From positions 25,003 through 89,002 of the forward strand of contig JBMOIO010000003.1 in assembly GCA_049317285.1 (NCBI GenBank): DNA of 64,000 nucleotides, in the 5' to 3' direction. The stretch comes from Minisyncoccia bacterium. GTDB lineage: Bacteria; Patescibacteriota; Minisyncoccia; Phycocordibacterales; UBA9973. Each line of letters opens with the position of its first letter. The stretch's first letter is position 1. Below the pieces are notes generated by a model. That model was given only the letters and a program-made list of their open reading frames with translations, did not search any database and was not told the origin of the DNA. A program made the position numbers and the translations under genes. Below are positions 19,109-27,831 of the stretch, piece by piece.

Positions 19109-19948
19109 ATGGATGAAACTTTTAGCTCAGTAGATTTTGTCGCGCAGTGTTTGCTTGATACAGAACGAACAGAAGCATTTAAAAAAGCAATTGAACAAAC
19201 CGTAAAGCCAGGAGACATTGTATTGGATTCGGGTACAGGCTCGGGCATACTCGCCATGTTTGCTGCAAAAGCAGGTGCAAAGAAGGTAATCGCCCTTGAA
19301 CTGGATCCTTATATTGCAAAACTTGCCCGCGATAATGTGGTGAGAAATGGCTTGCAGGACGTGGTTGAAGTGGTAAACGAAGATATCCGAAATTATCCGT
19401 TTGACCAAACTGCAAAGTTTGATGTTGTTATCATGGAGATGTTGACTACTGGCATGATAGATGAGTATCAGGTCTGGGCGGTGAACCAACTTCATGGCAA
19501 GGGGGCAATAGGTCCGCATACGATATTTATTCCTTTCCGCCAAGATACAACAGCTGTTTTGGTAAATGCTGATTTTACAATGTTCGGACTTGATGTCCGG
19601 ATGCCGCTTCATCTTTGGAAGTTTATGGACAAAGGGATAGCTGAATTTATTCCAGTGAGTAATCGATTGGAAATTAACAGTATTGGATTTAATACTACCA
19701 ATCCAGAAGTATTTTCAAGAGAATACTCCTTTACTATTGCAAACGACACTACGATAAACGCACTGTATATTGAAAGCACGACCCAGCTTGCCGAAGCGTT
19801 GTTTGTTGGAGACACTATGGCTCTTAATGGCCCTGTGTTAATACCTTTTAATGAAGAGAAATCAGTAGCCGCGGGAGAGGTGGTACAGGTGAAGATTAAC
19901 TACTTTTTTGGCAACGGGTATAGGAATTTCTCCGCAACGTTCATATAA
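19109..19948 (+). CDS. class I SAM-dependent methyltransferase, PRMT-like
   Basis: Motif I VLDSGTGSGILA, post-I VIALELD, motif II FDVVIMEMLTTGM, motif III GKGAIGPHTIFIP, and a THW-like PLHLW loop. A C-terminal beta-barrel-like region follows. Confidence 0.6.
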   Translation: MDETFSSVDFVAQCLLDTERTEAFKKAIEQTVKPGDIVLDSGTGSGILAMFAAKAGAKKVIALELDPYIAKLARDNVVRNGLQDVVEVVNEDIRNYPFDQTAKFDVVIMEMLTTGMIDEYQVWAVNQLHGKGAIGPHTIFIPFRQDTTAVLVNADFTMFGLDVRMPLHLWKFMDKGIAEFIPVSNRLEINSIGFNTTNPEVFSREYSFTIANDTTINALYIESTTQLAEALFVGDTMALNGPVLIPFNEEKSVAAGEVVQVKINYFFGNGYRNFSATFI

Positions 19949-19955
19949 TACATAT

Positions 19956-21629
19956 ATGTTACCATTTTGCCCGTGGGACGCTCCACAACTTTTCTTGATT
20001 TCAGAAAATACTCCGCCGTACCTTTTATATTCCCACGGTATTGCGTTGGTCTCGGCCCTCCTCTTTGGTATTCTTGTCTTTTATAAGAATAGAACGCTTC
20101 TTAACTCTATTCTCTTCTTCATCATCTCGGCTTTTTCGCTTTGGACACTGTTTGATTTGATGCAGTGGGCAACAAACCGTCCCGATGTACTCCTTTTTTT
20201 CTGGTCGGTAAACATTATTCTCGAGCTTCTGATTTATTCCGCGGCATTTTATTTGTGCTCTGTGTTTATACATAAACACGATCTTTCTGTAGGCAAAAAA
20301 ATACTGCTCTTCTCGCCGATTTTGCTGATGCTCGCGCTTTTACCGACACGCTTGCTACTCTCGGGTGTCGACATCGGGTACTGCAATGCAGTGGAAAGTC
20401 CACTTGTCATACTGTACACCTATGCGCTCCAAGCACTCATTATCCTCTCTATCTTCTTTTTTGCCGCTATAGCACTACAGAAAAAGACTTCTGTTGAAAA
20501 GAAGGAATCCTGGCTTTTTGTTGCTGGCATTATCGTTTTTTTGCTTGCCTTTTCTTCTGGAAATATCATCGGAAGCCTCACTGAGAACTGGGAACTTGCG
20601 CAGTACGGACTGTTCGGTATGCCGATATTTATCGGTTTCCTTGCATACTGTGTCGTTCGCTATCGAAGTTTTAATGTAAAAATGCTCGGAGTTCAGGCGC
20701 TGGTGTCGGGGTTGGCAGTACTCGTTTTGTCGCTCTTGTTTGTCCGGACGATTGAACGTGTTCAGATTATTACAGCGTTCACGTTTGTGATTGTGTGCGG
20801 CGTTGGATACGCGTTAGTGCGAAGCGTTAAAAAAGAAATCGAGCAGCGCGAGCAGGTGGAAATACTTGCTCAAAAACTTGAAGTGTCGAACGAAAAACTG
20901 CAGAGTCTCGACAAGCTCAAGACTGAATTCCTTTCGCTCGCATCTCACCAGTTGCGCAGCCCGCTGACGGCTATCAAAGGATACGCCTCAATGCTTGCCG
21001 AAGGCGCGTTTGGAAAAATGACAGCAAAGCAAGATGAAGGGGTGAAGCGTATTTACTCTTCTGCACAAGGGCTTGTCAACATTGTTGAAGACCTATTGAA
21101 TGTTTCAAAGATTGAACAAGGTGGCATGAAGTACGAGCTTCAACCAACTGACCTTACACCTATCGTCACTGCGCTCTACAACGAAATGAAGATCCCTGCT
21201 GAAGCAAAAGGGCTTGTATTCACACTCGACATTCCGAACCACGATGTGTTTATGGCGATTGTCGACCCGCTAAAGATCAAGCAGGTATTCCTCAACCTTA
21301 CCGACAACAGTATCAAATACACGCCTAGTGGCTTTGTAAAACTTTTCCTTTCGCGCAAAGATGATACAATCCTTTTCTCTGTTGCTGATACAGGGGTTGG
21401 TATCACCCCTGAAACAAAGGAAAAATTATTTGAGAAGTTTAGCCGCGGCGAAGGCGGGAAGCTTAATACCGGAGGATCGGGCTTGGGATTATATCTTGCT
21501 CAGGAAATTACAAAAGCGCACAAAGGGCGGATTGTTATTGAAAGTGAAGGCGCGGGTAAGGGGGCAACCTTTATTGTAGAGCTTCCTGCTGCAGGTGCCC
21601 AAGTTGCACCGGACGTTATGCCAAGTTAA
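19956..21629 (+). CDS. sensor histidine kinase with multi-TM N-terminal sensor domain
   Basis: About 7 TM helices. HisKA LASHQLRSPLTAIKGY. HATPase_c N, G1, G2 boxes (DTGVGI, GSGLGL). The start is taken at ATG 19956, 8 nt after the upstream stop. Confidence 0.8.
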   Translation: MLPFCPWDAPQLFLISENTPPYLLYSHGIALVSALLFGILVFYKNRTLLNSILFFIISAFSLWTLFDLMQWATNRPDVLLFFWSVNIILELLIYSAAFYLCSVFIHKHDLSVGKKILLFSPILLMLALLPTRLLLSGVDIGYCNAVESPLVILYTYALQALIILSIFFFAAIALQKKTSVEKKESWLFVAGIIVFLLAFSSGNIIGSLTENWELAQYGLFGMPIFIGFLAYCVVRYRSFNVKMLGVQALVSGLAVLVLSLLFVRTIERVQIITAFTFVIVCGVGYALVRSVKKEIEQREQVEILAQKLEVSNEKLQSLDKLKTEFLSLASHQLRSPLTAIKGYASMLAEGAFGKMTAKQDEGVKRIYSSAQGLVNIVEDLLNVSKIEQGGMKYELQPTDLTPIVTALYNEMKIPAEAKGLVFTLDIPNHDVFMAIVDPLKIKQVFLNLTDNSIKYTPSGFVKLFLSRKDDTILFSVADTGVGITPETKEKLFEKFSRGEGGKLNTGGSGLGLYLAQEITKAHKGRIVIESEGAGKGATFIVELPAAGAQVAPDVMPS

Positions 21630-21642
21630 TATCTTTTAAAAG

Positions 21643-21676
21643 GAACAAAAAAACCGCTACAGCGGTTTTTTTTGTT
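21643..21676. terminator. bidirectional rho-independent terminator (histidine kinase/cysS convergent)
   Basis: aaccgc/gcggtt stem flanked by an A-run and a T-run. Confidence 0.65.
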
Positions 21677-23061
21677 TATTCCAGTACTGTGCCTTCGGCG
21701 GTGTCGAGCACTGTGTATCCGAGTGCTTCAATCTCGGTTCGAAGAGTATCCGAGAGCGCATAGTCCTTTTGTGCGCGAGCTTCGTCGCGCTTTAAAGCGA
21801 GTGCAAGCGCTTCTTCTGTTGGAGTAAACTTTTCTATATTCACAAGGTTTAATCCTAGCACGGTATCCAAGGCAAGCAGTGTTGCCCACTTGTCTTCTGC
21901 GCTCAGGAAAGTGTTTCCGAGTAGTTCCCATACAACAGCGAGTGCTTTCGCAGTATTGAGGTCATCTGCAAGTGCTTCGGTAAAAGCTACGAGTGAGTTG
22001 TCGTCAATAAGCCCAAGAGCGGACTGTGTAGAAGCGAACTTCTGCAGTTTCTTCAGCTGTGTATCAGCCACGAGCAATGATTCCCAGGTAAAATTTAATG
22101 GCTTGCGATAGCTCGTCTGCATACACAACAGGCGCATGGCAACAGGGTCAATATTATGCCCCTCAATATCCTGGAGGGTATAAAAGTTGTGCTTGCTCTT
22201 AGACATTTTCTCGCCATCAACGTTTAAAAATTCATGGTGCATCCAAAAGCGCACAAACTCCTGCCCGGTCGCGCATTCGCTTTGCGCGATTTCATTTTCG
22301 TGATGGACAGGGATATGGTCGATGCCTCCGGTATGGATATCAATCGTCTCCCCGAGGTATTTCATCGCCATGGCGGAGCACTCAATATGCCAGCCCGGAA
22401 AGCCTTCTCCTTCTATCTTGTTTGGGTTTGGCCAATGCATGGCATGGTCCGCAAATTTACCAACACACTTAAACCAGAGCGAAAAGTCAGCAGGGTTTCT
22501 TTTGTCAGGGTCGGTCACCACATCTGCGCGTACGCCATGCTCTTTCTCAGAGAGTTTTTGCCCAGAAAGCTTGCCGTATTCTGCGTCTTTTGATACATCA
22601 AAATAAATTGCTTCAGCAGTTTCGTATGCAAACCCTTTTGCCATAAGCACCTCGACGAGTTCAACCATTTCTTTAATATGATCAGTCGCTTTGGTCTCAT
22701 GGGTTGGGGGTAGGACATTCACCGACTCCATTGTTTTGTGGAAATAGTCAGTGTACAGGTTCGCAATATCCCACACGCTTTTGCCCTCACTTAAGGCTTT
22801 TGCTTCAAACTTGTCGTCACCTTGGTCGCTATCGTTGGTGAGATGCCCTACATCGGTGATGTTCATCACATGCGTCACGCTATAGCCTAAAAGGGTCAGT
22901 GTGCGCTTGAGAATATCGTCTCCGATATATTTGCGCATGTGGCCGATATGGGTGTAGTCGTACACCGTAGGCCCGCAGGCGTACAGAGTGACAATACCCT
23001 CGTTCAGTGGCGTAAATTCTTCTATAGAGCGGGTTTTAGTATTGTAGAGGGAGAGGTTCAT
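21676..23061 (-). CDS. cysS: cysteinyl-tRNA synthetase
   Basis: Class I HIGH (YDYTHIGHMRKY) and KMSKS (KMSKSKHNF). Zn-binding CGPT. Confidence 0.9.
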   Translation of the reverse strand: MNLSLYNTKTRSIEEFTPLNEGIVTLYACGPTVYDYTHIGHMRKYIGDDILKRTLTLLGYSVTHVMNITDVGHLTNDSDQGDDKFEAKALSEGKSVWDIANLYTDYFHKTMESVNVLPPTHETKATDHIKEMVELVEVLMAKGFAYETAEAIYFDVSKDAEYGKLSGQKLSEKEHGVRADVVTDPDKRNPADFSLWFKCVGKFADHAMHWPNPNKIEGEGFPGWHIECSAMAMKYLGETIDIHTGGIDHIPVHHENEIAQSECATGQEFVRFWMHHEFLNVDGEKMSKSKHNFYTLQDIEGHNIDPVAMRLLCMQTSYRKPLNFTWESLLVADTQLKKLQKFASTQSALGLIDDNSLVAFTEALADDLNTAKALAVVWELLGNTFLSAEDKWATLLALDTVLGLNLVNIEKFTPTEEALALALKRDEARAQKDYALSDTLRTEIEALGYTVLDTAEGTVLE

Positions 23062-23065
23062 AGTA

Positions 23066-23971
23066 TTAGAGCCACTTGCGGTATTTGAAGAAAATAAACA
23101 TGACAAGCCCAGTGAGAGTCATTGCTCCCACGACAAAGAAAAAGTCAGACAGGTCGTTGATAAATACAAAGTTCATATTCATGCCAAATACACCAGTAAT
23201 CACTGAAAGCGGTAGCATCACGAAGGTTAAAATAGTAAACGTCTTCATGATGTCGTTGCTCTTGGTAGCTAAGAGCGAGTCGTTTGTTTGCTGGAGCTCT
23301 CCGAGGACTTCGCGATGGCTTTGCAACATACCGTCGACTTTGTTGAATTCAGAAGCGATTGCAGTAGCATAGTACGAATACTCAACGCCGAAGAATTGTT
23401 TGCTTGCCACCTCATATGATTTCAAAATATCAGTATGAAAACGGGTCGCTTGCTTGAAATCCAAAAGCTGTCGGCGGGTATAGGAGAGGATCTTCACCAT
23501 CTTTTCTTCCTGGCCATCAAAAATGCGGTGTTCAATATCGCGGATTTTTTTATGTGTATCTTCAAGGTCACCCAAACACTGCTTGTAAATTTGCTTCATC
23601 ATTGCTGCAAACAACATACCGCCATGGTGTTTGACTGTGTCTTGCAAACCGACTGTTTCAAACATCGAACTAAATTCGGTAATAGGAAGCACTTTTTCGT
23701 ACCGCACCGTGATGAGGAAATTTTTCCCGATGATAAAGTCAATTTCAAGGTCGTCTTCGATAACACTGTTTTGATTAATATCAGGGAAGTGAAGGATGAG
23801 GTAGATGAAATTGTCGTAGAGGTCAACTTTTGAGCGGAGCGAATTGGTGAACATTTCGTCGCCGACGAGGGTAGGGATGGAAAACTCTTCGCTGATGTGG
23901 ACTATCTCTTCTCGACTGGGGTTTTCGAGATCAACCCATATCAGTCCATGGTAGTTGTAGCGGGAAATCAT
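23066..23971 (-). CDS. corA: CorA-family divalent cation transporter
   Basis: Cytoplasmic N-terminal domain plus two C-terminal TM helices, with a GMN motif (GVFGMNMNF). Confidence 0.7.
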   Translation of the reverse strand: MISRYNYHGLIWVDLENPSREEIVHISEEFSIPTLVGDEMFTNSLRSKVDLYDNFIYLILHFPDINQNSVIEDDLEIDFIIGKNFLITVRYEKVLPITEFSSMFETVGLQDTVKHHGGMLFAAMMKQIYKQCLGDLEDTHKKIRDIEHRIFDGQEEKMVKILSYTRRQLLDFKQATRFHTDILKSYEVASKQFFGVEYSYYATAIASEFNKVDGMLQSHREVLGELQQTNDSLLATKSNDIMKTFTILTFVMLPLSVITGVFGMNMNFVFINDLSDFFFVVGAMTLTGLVMFIFFKYRKWL

Positions 23972-24032
23972 TGCATCAAGTGTATCATAAAGTTGTTATA
24001 ACAATATAGGGATTGTTCCTTCAAGAAGTCAT

Positions 24033-24262
24033 ATTCCTCGAAACCACACAATTTTTCTGGCTGTTGAATTATTCCAGCTCGCGCCAGTCGCGCTCCACTA
24101 GTCAGTTCTCGGAGCATGACTTCTTTCACTCACTTGCCTAACATGAGCGAGGAAAGGTGTGCTCTTTGAGCCGTCTAACGCAGGCTGTCTGAGCCGAGTT
24201 GGAGCGAATCAACAGCCAGAAATTACGCGACGGCGAGAAGAATACACCTTTTCGAGGGAATA
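24033..24262. repeat. 230-bp imperfect palindromic intergenic element (two inverted copies of a ~70-nt unit)
   Basis: Left arm attcctcgaaa...ttctggctgttga...tccagctcg matches the right arm cgagggaat...tcaacagccagaa...cgagttgga. The core ggctgtctgagccgagttgga is shared with 16335-16356. Confidence 0.6.
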
Positions 24263-24275
24263 GTGGGTCTTAAAG

Positions 24276-24303
24276 TTGCATTTTTTAAGGCTTTCTGTAT
24301 AAT
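24276..24303 (+). promoter_or_regulatory. sigma70-like promoter TTGCAT-16-TATAAT for rplU
   Basis: TTGCAT at 24276-24281 and TATAAT at 24298-24303, 12 nt before the ATG. Confidence 0.45.
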
Positions 24304-24315
24304 AGGGGCTCATCT

Positions 24316-24672
24316 ATGGCAACTGCAAAAAAGGCTACAACTAAGGAAAATAAGGACGAATTCGCTGTTATCGCAACAGGTGGAAAGCAATACGCTGTAA
24401 AAGTGGGCGAAACTGTCACTATTGAGAAAATGAAGGACGAGCACAAAAAGGGCGACGTTGTTGTTTTCGACAAAGTTCTCCTTGTGGACAATGGTACTGA
24501 CACTACTATCGGTACTCCTGCAATCGCAGGCGCAACTGTTACTGGCGAAGTTGCTTCAGTAGGCCGCGCAAAGAAAGAAGTGGTTATCAAGTACAAGCAA
24601 AAGAGCCGCTACTTCAAGAAAAATGGCCACCGCCAGCCATACGTAAAAGTGACCATCACTGCAATCGCGTAA
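24316..24672 (+). CDS. rplU: 50S ribosomal protein L21
   Basis: FAVIATGGKQYAV...KVLLVD...GHRQPYVKVTITAI is canonical L21. Confidence 0.85.
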   Translation: MATAKKATTKENKDEFAVIATGGKQYAVKVGETVTIEKMKDEHKKGDVVVFDKVLLVDNGTDTTIGTPAIAGATVTGEVASVGRAKKEVVIKYKQKSRYFKKNGHRQPYVKVTITAIA

Positions 24673-24685
24673 TCTCTCTACAGAA

Positions 24686-24720
24686 TAAAAAATCCCTAGG
24701 CAAGACCTAGGGATTTTTTA
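24686..24720. terminator. bidirectional terminator (rplU/recR convergent)
   Basis: atccctagg/cctagggat 9-bp stem flanked by an A-run and a T-run. Confidence 0.7.
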
Positions 24721-25335
24721 TTCTCGTTTCTTTAATGATGCTGAAAGCGATGCCGGGTCTGCGTATTCGAGTTCGGCTCCTGTAGAGAGCCCTCGGCCCA
24801 AGCTCGTGATGGAAATACCGCTCGGCAAGGTCGGTGCAAGAATTTCGCGCACTGCTTGGTCGGTGTGGTCGCCGTTTGGCGTAAGAGGGAAGGCGAGGAT
24901 AAGTTCTTTCAATACCTCTTTTTCTGTTTCTATACGCGTTTGGAGGTATGCGATATGTGTTCCTTCGACAATGTTTTTCTGAATGATAGGAATCAGTCCG
25001 CCGAGGACAAAAAAGAGTCCTTTATAATCCGTGCGGGCAAAGGCTTCAATGTCTTGGCCTTTTTCAACTACGACAATGGTGCTTTGGTCGCGGCGTTCAT
25101 CACTGCAGATAGTACAGAGACCTGGAATTTCTGCCGTATTCGCTTCAAAAATGCGCAAGCACTTTGCGCAGGTATGTGCACTGGCACGAGCTGTCGTGAG
25201 GGCTACTGCAAGACTCTGCACATAGCTTGTTTGTTGGGCGAGTATAAAGTACGCAAAGCGCTTTGCTTGGCGTTCACCGATGCCAGGGAACCTGACAAAG
25301 AGTTTTACTAACCGTTCAATAGAATCATTTTGCAT
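24718..25335 (-). CDS. recR: recombination protein RecR
   Basis: HhH N-terminus (FPGIGERQAKRFAYFIL). C4 zinc finger (CAKC...CTIC). Toprim domain. Confidence 0.85.
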   Translation of the reverse strand: MQNDSIERLVKLFVRFPGIGERQAKRFAYFILAQQTSYVQSLAVALTTARASAHTCAKCLRIFEANTAEIPGLCTICSDERRDQSTIVVVEKGQDIEAFARTDYKGLFFVLGGLIPIIQKNIVEGTHIAYLQTRIETEKEVLKELILAFPLTPNGDHTDQAVREILAPTLPSGISITSLGRGLSTGAELEYADPASLSASLKKRE

Positions 25336-25346
25336 ACAAAAATTAT

Positions 25347-26750
25347 TTAGAAGTCATCAAGCGACTTTGCTTTAACAGGAACAAAGTTCTTATCCATGGA
25401 AAGGAAAGTAGTGGTCTTTGGATCGAACATGAGGTCGATTTTGCCCACCGCACCGTTTCGGTGCTTTTCAATCAAAATTTCTGTCACATTACTTCGCTCC
25501 GCATGGTCTTTAAAGCGGTCTTCATTGTGGATGAAAATAACCAAGTCGGCGTCTTGCTCAATGGAACCTGAGTCGCGAAGGTCGGAGAGGCGAGGTTTGC
25601 CACCACGGGATTCCACCGCACGAGAGAGCTGTGAGAGTGCAAGCACAGGCACGTCGAGCTCGCGTGCAAGCCCTTTCAATGAACGCGAGATTTCAGTCAC
25701 TTGGTTTACCATACTGTCATAGTTTTTGCTTGTCGTCATGAGCTGAAGGTAGTCGACCACAATGAGGCCGAGGCCGTGCTCACTCTTGAGCCTGCGGGCA
25801 ACAGAGCGCATTTTCACGATAGAGTTTCCGGCCTGGTCATCGATATAGATTGGTGCTTTTTGCAGTCGACTTGCCGCTTCTTGAAGGGTGGTGAAGTGAG
25901 TCGTGGAAAGGCCGTGTCCGGTACGGATGCTCCATGCGTCTACACGGCTCTCGGCCGAGAGCATGCGCTGTACCAGCTGGTTTGCACTCATTTCAAGAGA
26001 GAAGATGCCGACTGGCGTTCCTCCAAGAGCGGCGTTTCTGGCAATGTCGAGCGCGAAGGTGGTTTTACCCATACCCGGGCGCGCTGCGAGAATGATGAGG
26101 TCAGACTTTTGAAGGCCTGCGAGCATGTTGTCGAGATCACTAAAGCCAGTAGGGACACCGCGCACTTCATCTTTATGTTCGCGAAGGTGCTCGATCTGCT
26201 CCCATGTTTCAATCAACGACTGCTTGATTGAAGTGAAGGCATTTTTAGTATTGATACTTGAGGTCACCCGGAAGATGCTTTTTTCTGCCATGTCGATAAC
26301 ATCTGCGACATCCATATCATTTTGCTCGTACGCCATACTTGCGATTGCTTCGCCGGAATCGATGAGTGCACGAAGGATGAATTTTTTGTACACAATGTCG
26401 CCGTAATGGCGAATGTTCACGGTAGACGGCACATTGGACATCAATTCATTGAGGTATGCATTGCCGCCGATTTCGTTGAGACACTTTTTTTCTTTGAGGC
26501 GGTTTGCCACAGAGAGCACATCAATCGGCTCGTTTTTATTTGAGAGGTCGAGGATAGTGCGAAATACGAGCGTGTGCTTTTTTGCATAAAACATTTCCGG
26601 GATAAGGAGATCGATAATGTCATGGATTGCAGCCGGGCGAAGCATAAGTGCTCCGAGCACCGCTTGCTCAGCGTCGAGGTCGTGGGGCGGGATGCGGAGG
26701 TTTGCGATACTCTCCGAAATCTTATTTCCTGTAACAGTAGGCTTGTTCAT
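25347..26750 (-). CDS. dnaB: replicative DNA helicase DnaB
   Basis: Walker A ARPGMGKTTFALDIA. DnaB N-terminal domain. RecA-like C-terminal motifs (LSQLSRAVE). Confidence 0.9.
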   Translation of the reverse strand: MNKPTVTGNKISESIANLRIPPHDLDAEQAVLGALMLRPAAIHDIIDLLIPEMFYAKKHTLVFRTILDLSNKNEPIDVLSVANRLKEKKCLNEIGGNAYLNELMSNVPSTVNIRHYGDIVYKKFILRALIDSGEAIASMAYEQNDMDVADVIDMAEKSIFRVTSSINTKNAFTSIKQSLIETWEQIEHLREHKDEVRGVPTGFSDLDNMLAGLQKSDLIILAARPGMGKTTFALDIARNAALGGTPVGIFSLEMSANQLVQRMLSAESRVDAWSIRTGHGLSTTHFTTLQEAASRLQKAPIYIDDQAGNSIVKMRSVARRLKSEHGLGLIVVDYLQLMTTSKNYDSMVNQVTEISRSLKGLARELDVPVLALSQLSRAVESRGGKPRLSDLRDSGSIEQDADLVIFIHNEDRFKDHAERSNVTEILIEKHRNGAVGKIDLMFDPKTTTFLSMDKNFVPVKAKSLDDF

Positions 26751-26846
26751 AGGGTTTATTGTAACACCCTAAGCCACTCTTTAGACAATGGTGTCGTAAT
26801 ACCCACTTTATTTCCAAACGAGTCTTATTTTTGATATGATATCCCC

Positions 26847-27830
26847 ATGTCTTCCCCAACTATCACAGGCGAAAAAAAGCGCCTTGTCTCAGGAGTAAAA
26901 CCGACAGGACGCCCGCACATCGGCAACTACTTTGGCGCAATGAAGCAATTTGTGGACCTTCAAGAAACACACGAAGCGTTCATTTTTATTGCAGACCTCC
27001 ATGCGCTCAACTTCATCCAGGATGCCGAAGCGATGCGTGCGCTTTCGTATGACTTGGTATTGGACTATTTGGCAATTGGTCTCGATCCGAAAAAAGTAAC
27101 ACTCTTTAAACAGTCTTCAGTGCCGGCACATGCAAACCTTGCCTGGATATTTGATACGCTCGTAACGGTGCCCTTTATGATGCGCGCACATGCGTACAAA
27201 GATGCGGTGGCAAAAGAGCTAGAGCCGAGCATGGGCCTCTTTAATTACCCAGTACTTATGGCGGCAGATATTTTGCTCTATGACCCGGCAGTGGTGCCAG
27301 TCGGGCAAGATCAAAAACAACATGTTGAATACGCGCGCGATATAGCAGGGAAGTTCAACCATATTTATGGAGAGCATTTCACACTCCCCAACGAAATGAT
27401 TTTGGAAACAACCGGCATCATTCCAGGAACTGACGGACGCAAGATGTCGAAAAGCTACGGCAACACGATTCCTTTGTTTGCGAGCGATGAGGAAATCACA
27501 AAAGTGGTGATGAGTATTGCAACAGACTCGCGCGGTCGCGACGAGGAAAAGAATCCTGATGAATTGGTGCTTTACCAGATTCACAAGTATTTTAATGATT
27601 CCGCTGACCTGAAAGCTCAGTACGCAAAAGGCTTGGGCTATGGCGATGCAAAGAAGATGCTCATCAACGATATTATTTCCTTTGTCACTCCTTTGCGTGC
27701 GCGCCGAAAAGAATTTGAAAACAATCCGGAGCTTGTGCGAGATATCATGATCAATGGCGCCATGCGCGCAAACGATATTGCGATGAAGAAATTATTTGCT
27801 GTATACGAAGCAGTAGGGTTAACGAGTTAA
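26847..27830 (+). CDS. trpS: tryptophanyl-tRNA synthetase
   Basis: SGVKPTGRPHIGNY (HIGH-like) and KMSKSYGN (KMSKS). Confidence 0.9.
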   Translation: MSSPTITGEKKRLVSGVKPTGRPHIGNYFGAMKQFVDLQETHEAFIFIADLHALNFIQDAEAMRALSYDLVLDYLAIGLDPKKVTLFKQSSVPAHANLAWIFDTLVTVPFMMRAHAYKDAVAKELEPSMGLFNYPVLMAADILLYDPAVVPVGQDQKQHVEYARDIAGKFNHIYGEHFTLPNEMILETTGIIPGTDGRKMSKSYGNTIPLFASDEEITKVVMSIATDSRGRDEEKNPDELVLYQIHKYFNDSADLKAQYAKGLGYGDAKKMLINDIISFVTPLRARRKEFENNPELVRDIMINGAMRANDIAMKKLFAVYEAVGLTS

Positions 27831-27831
27831 T

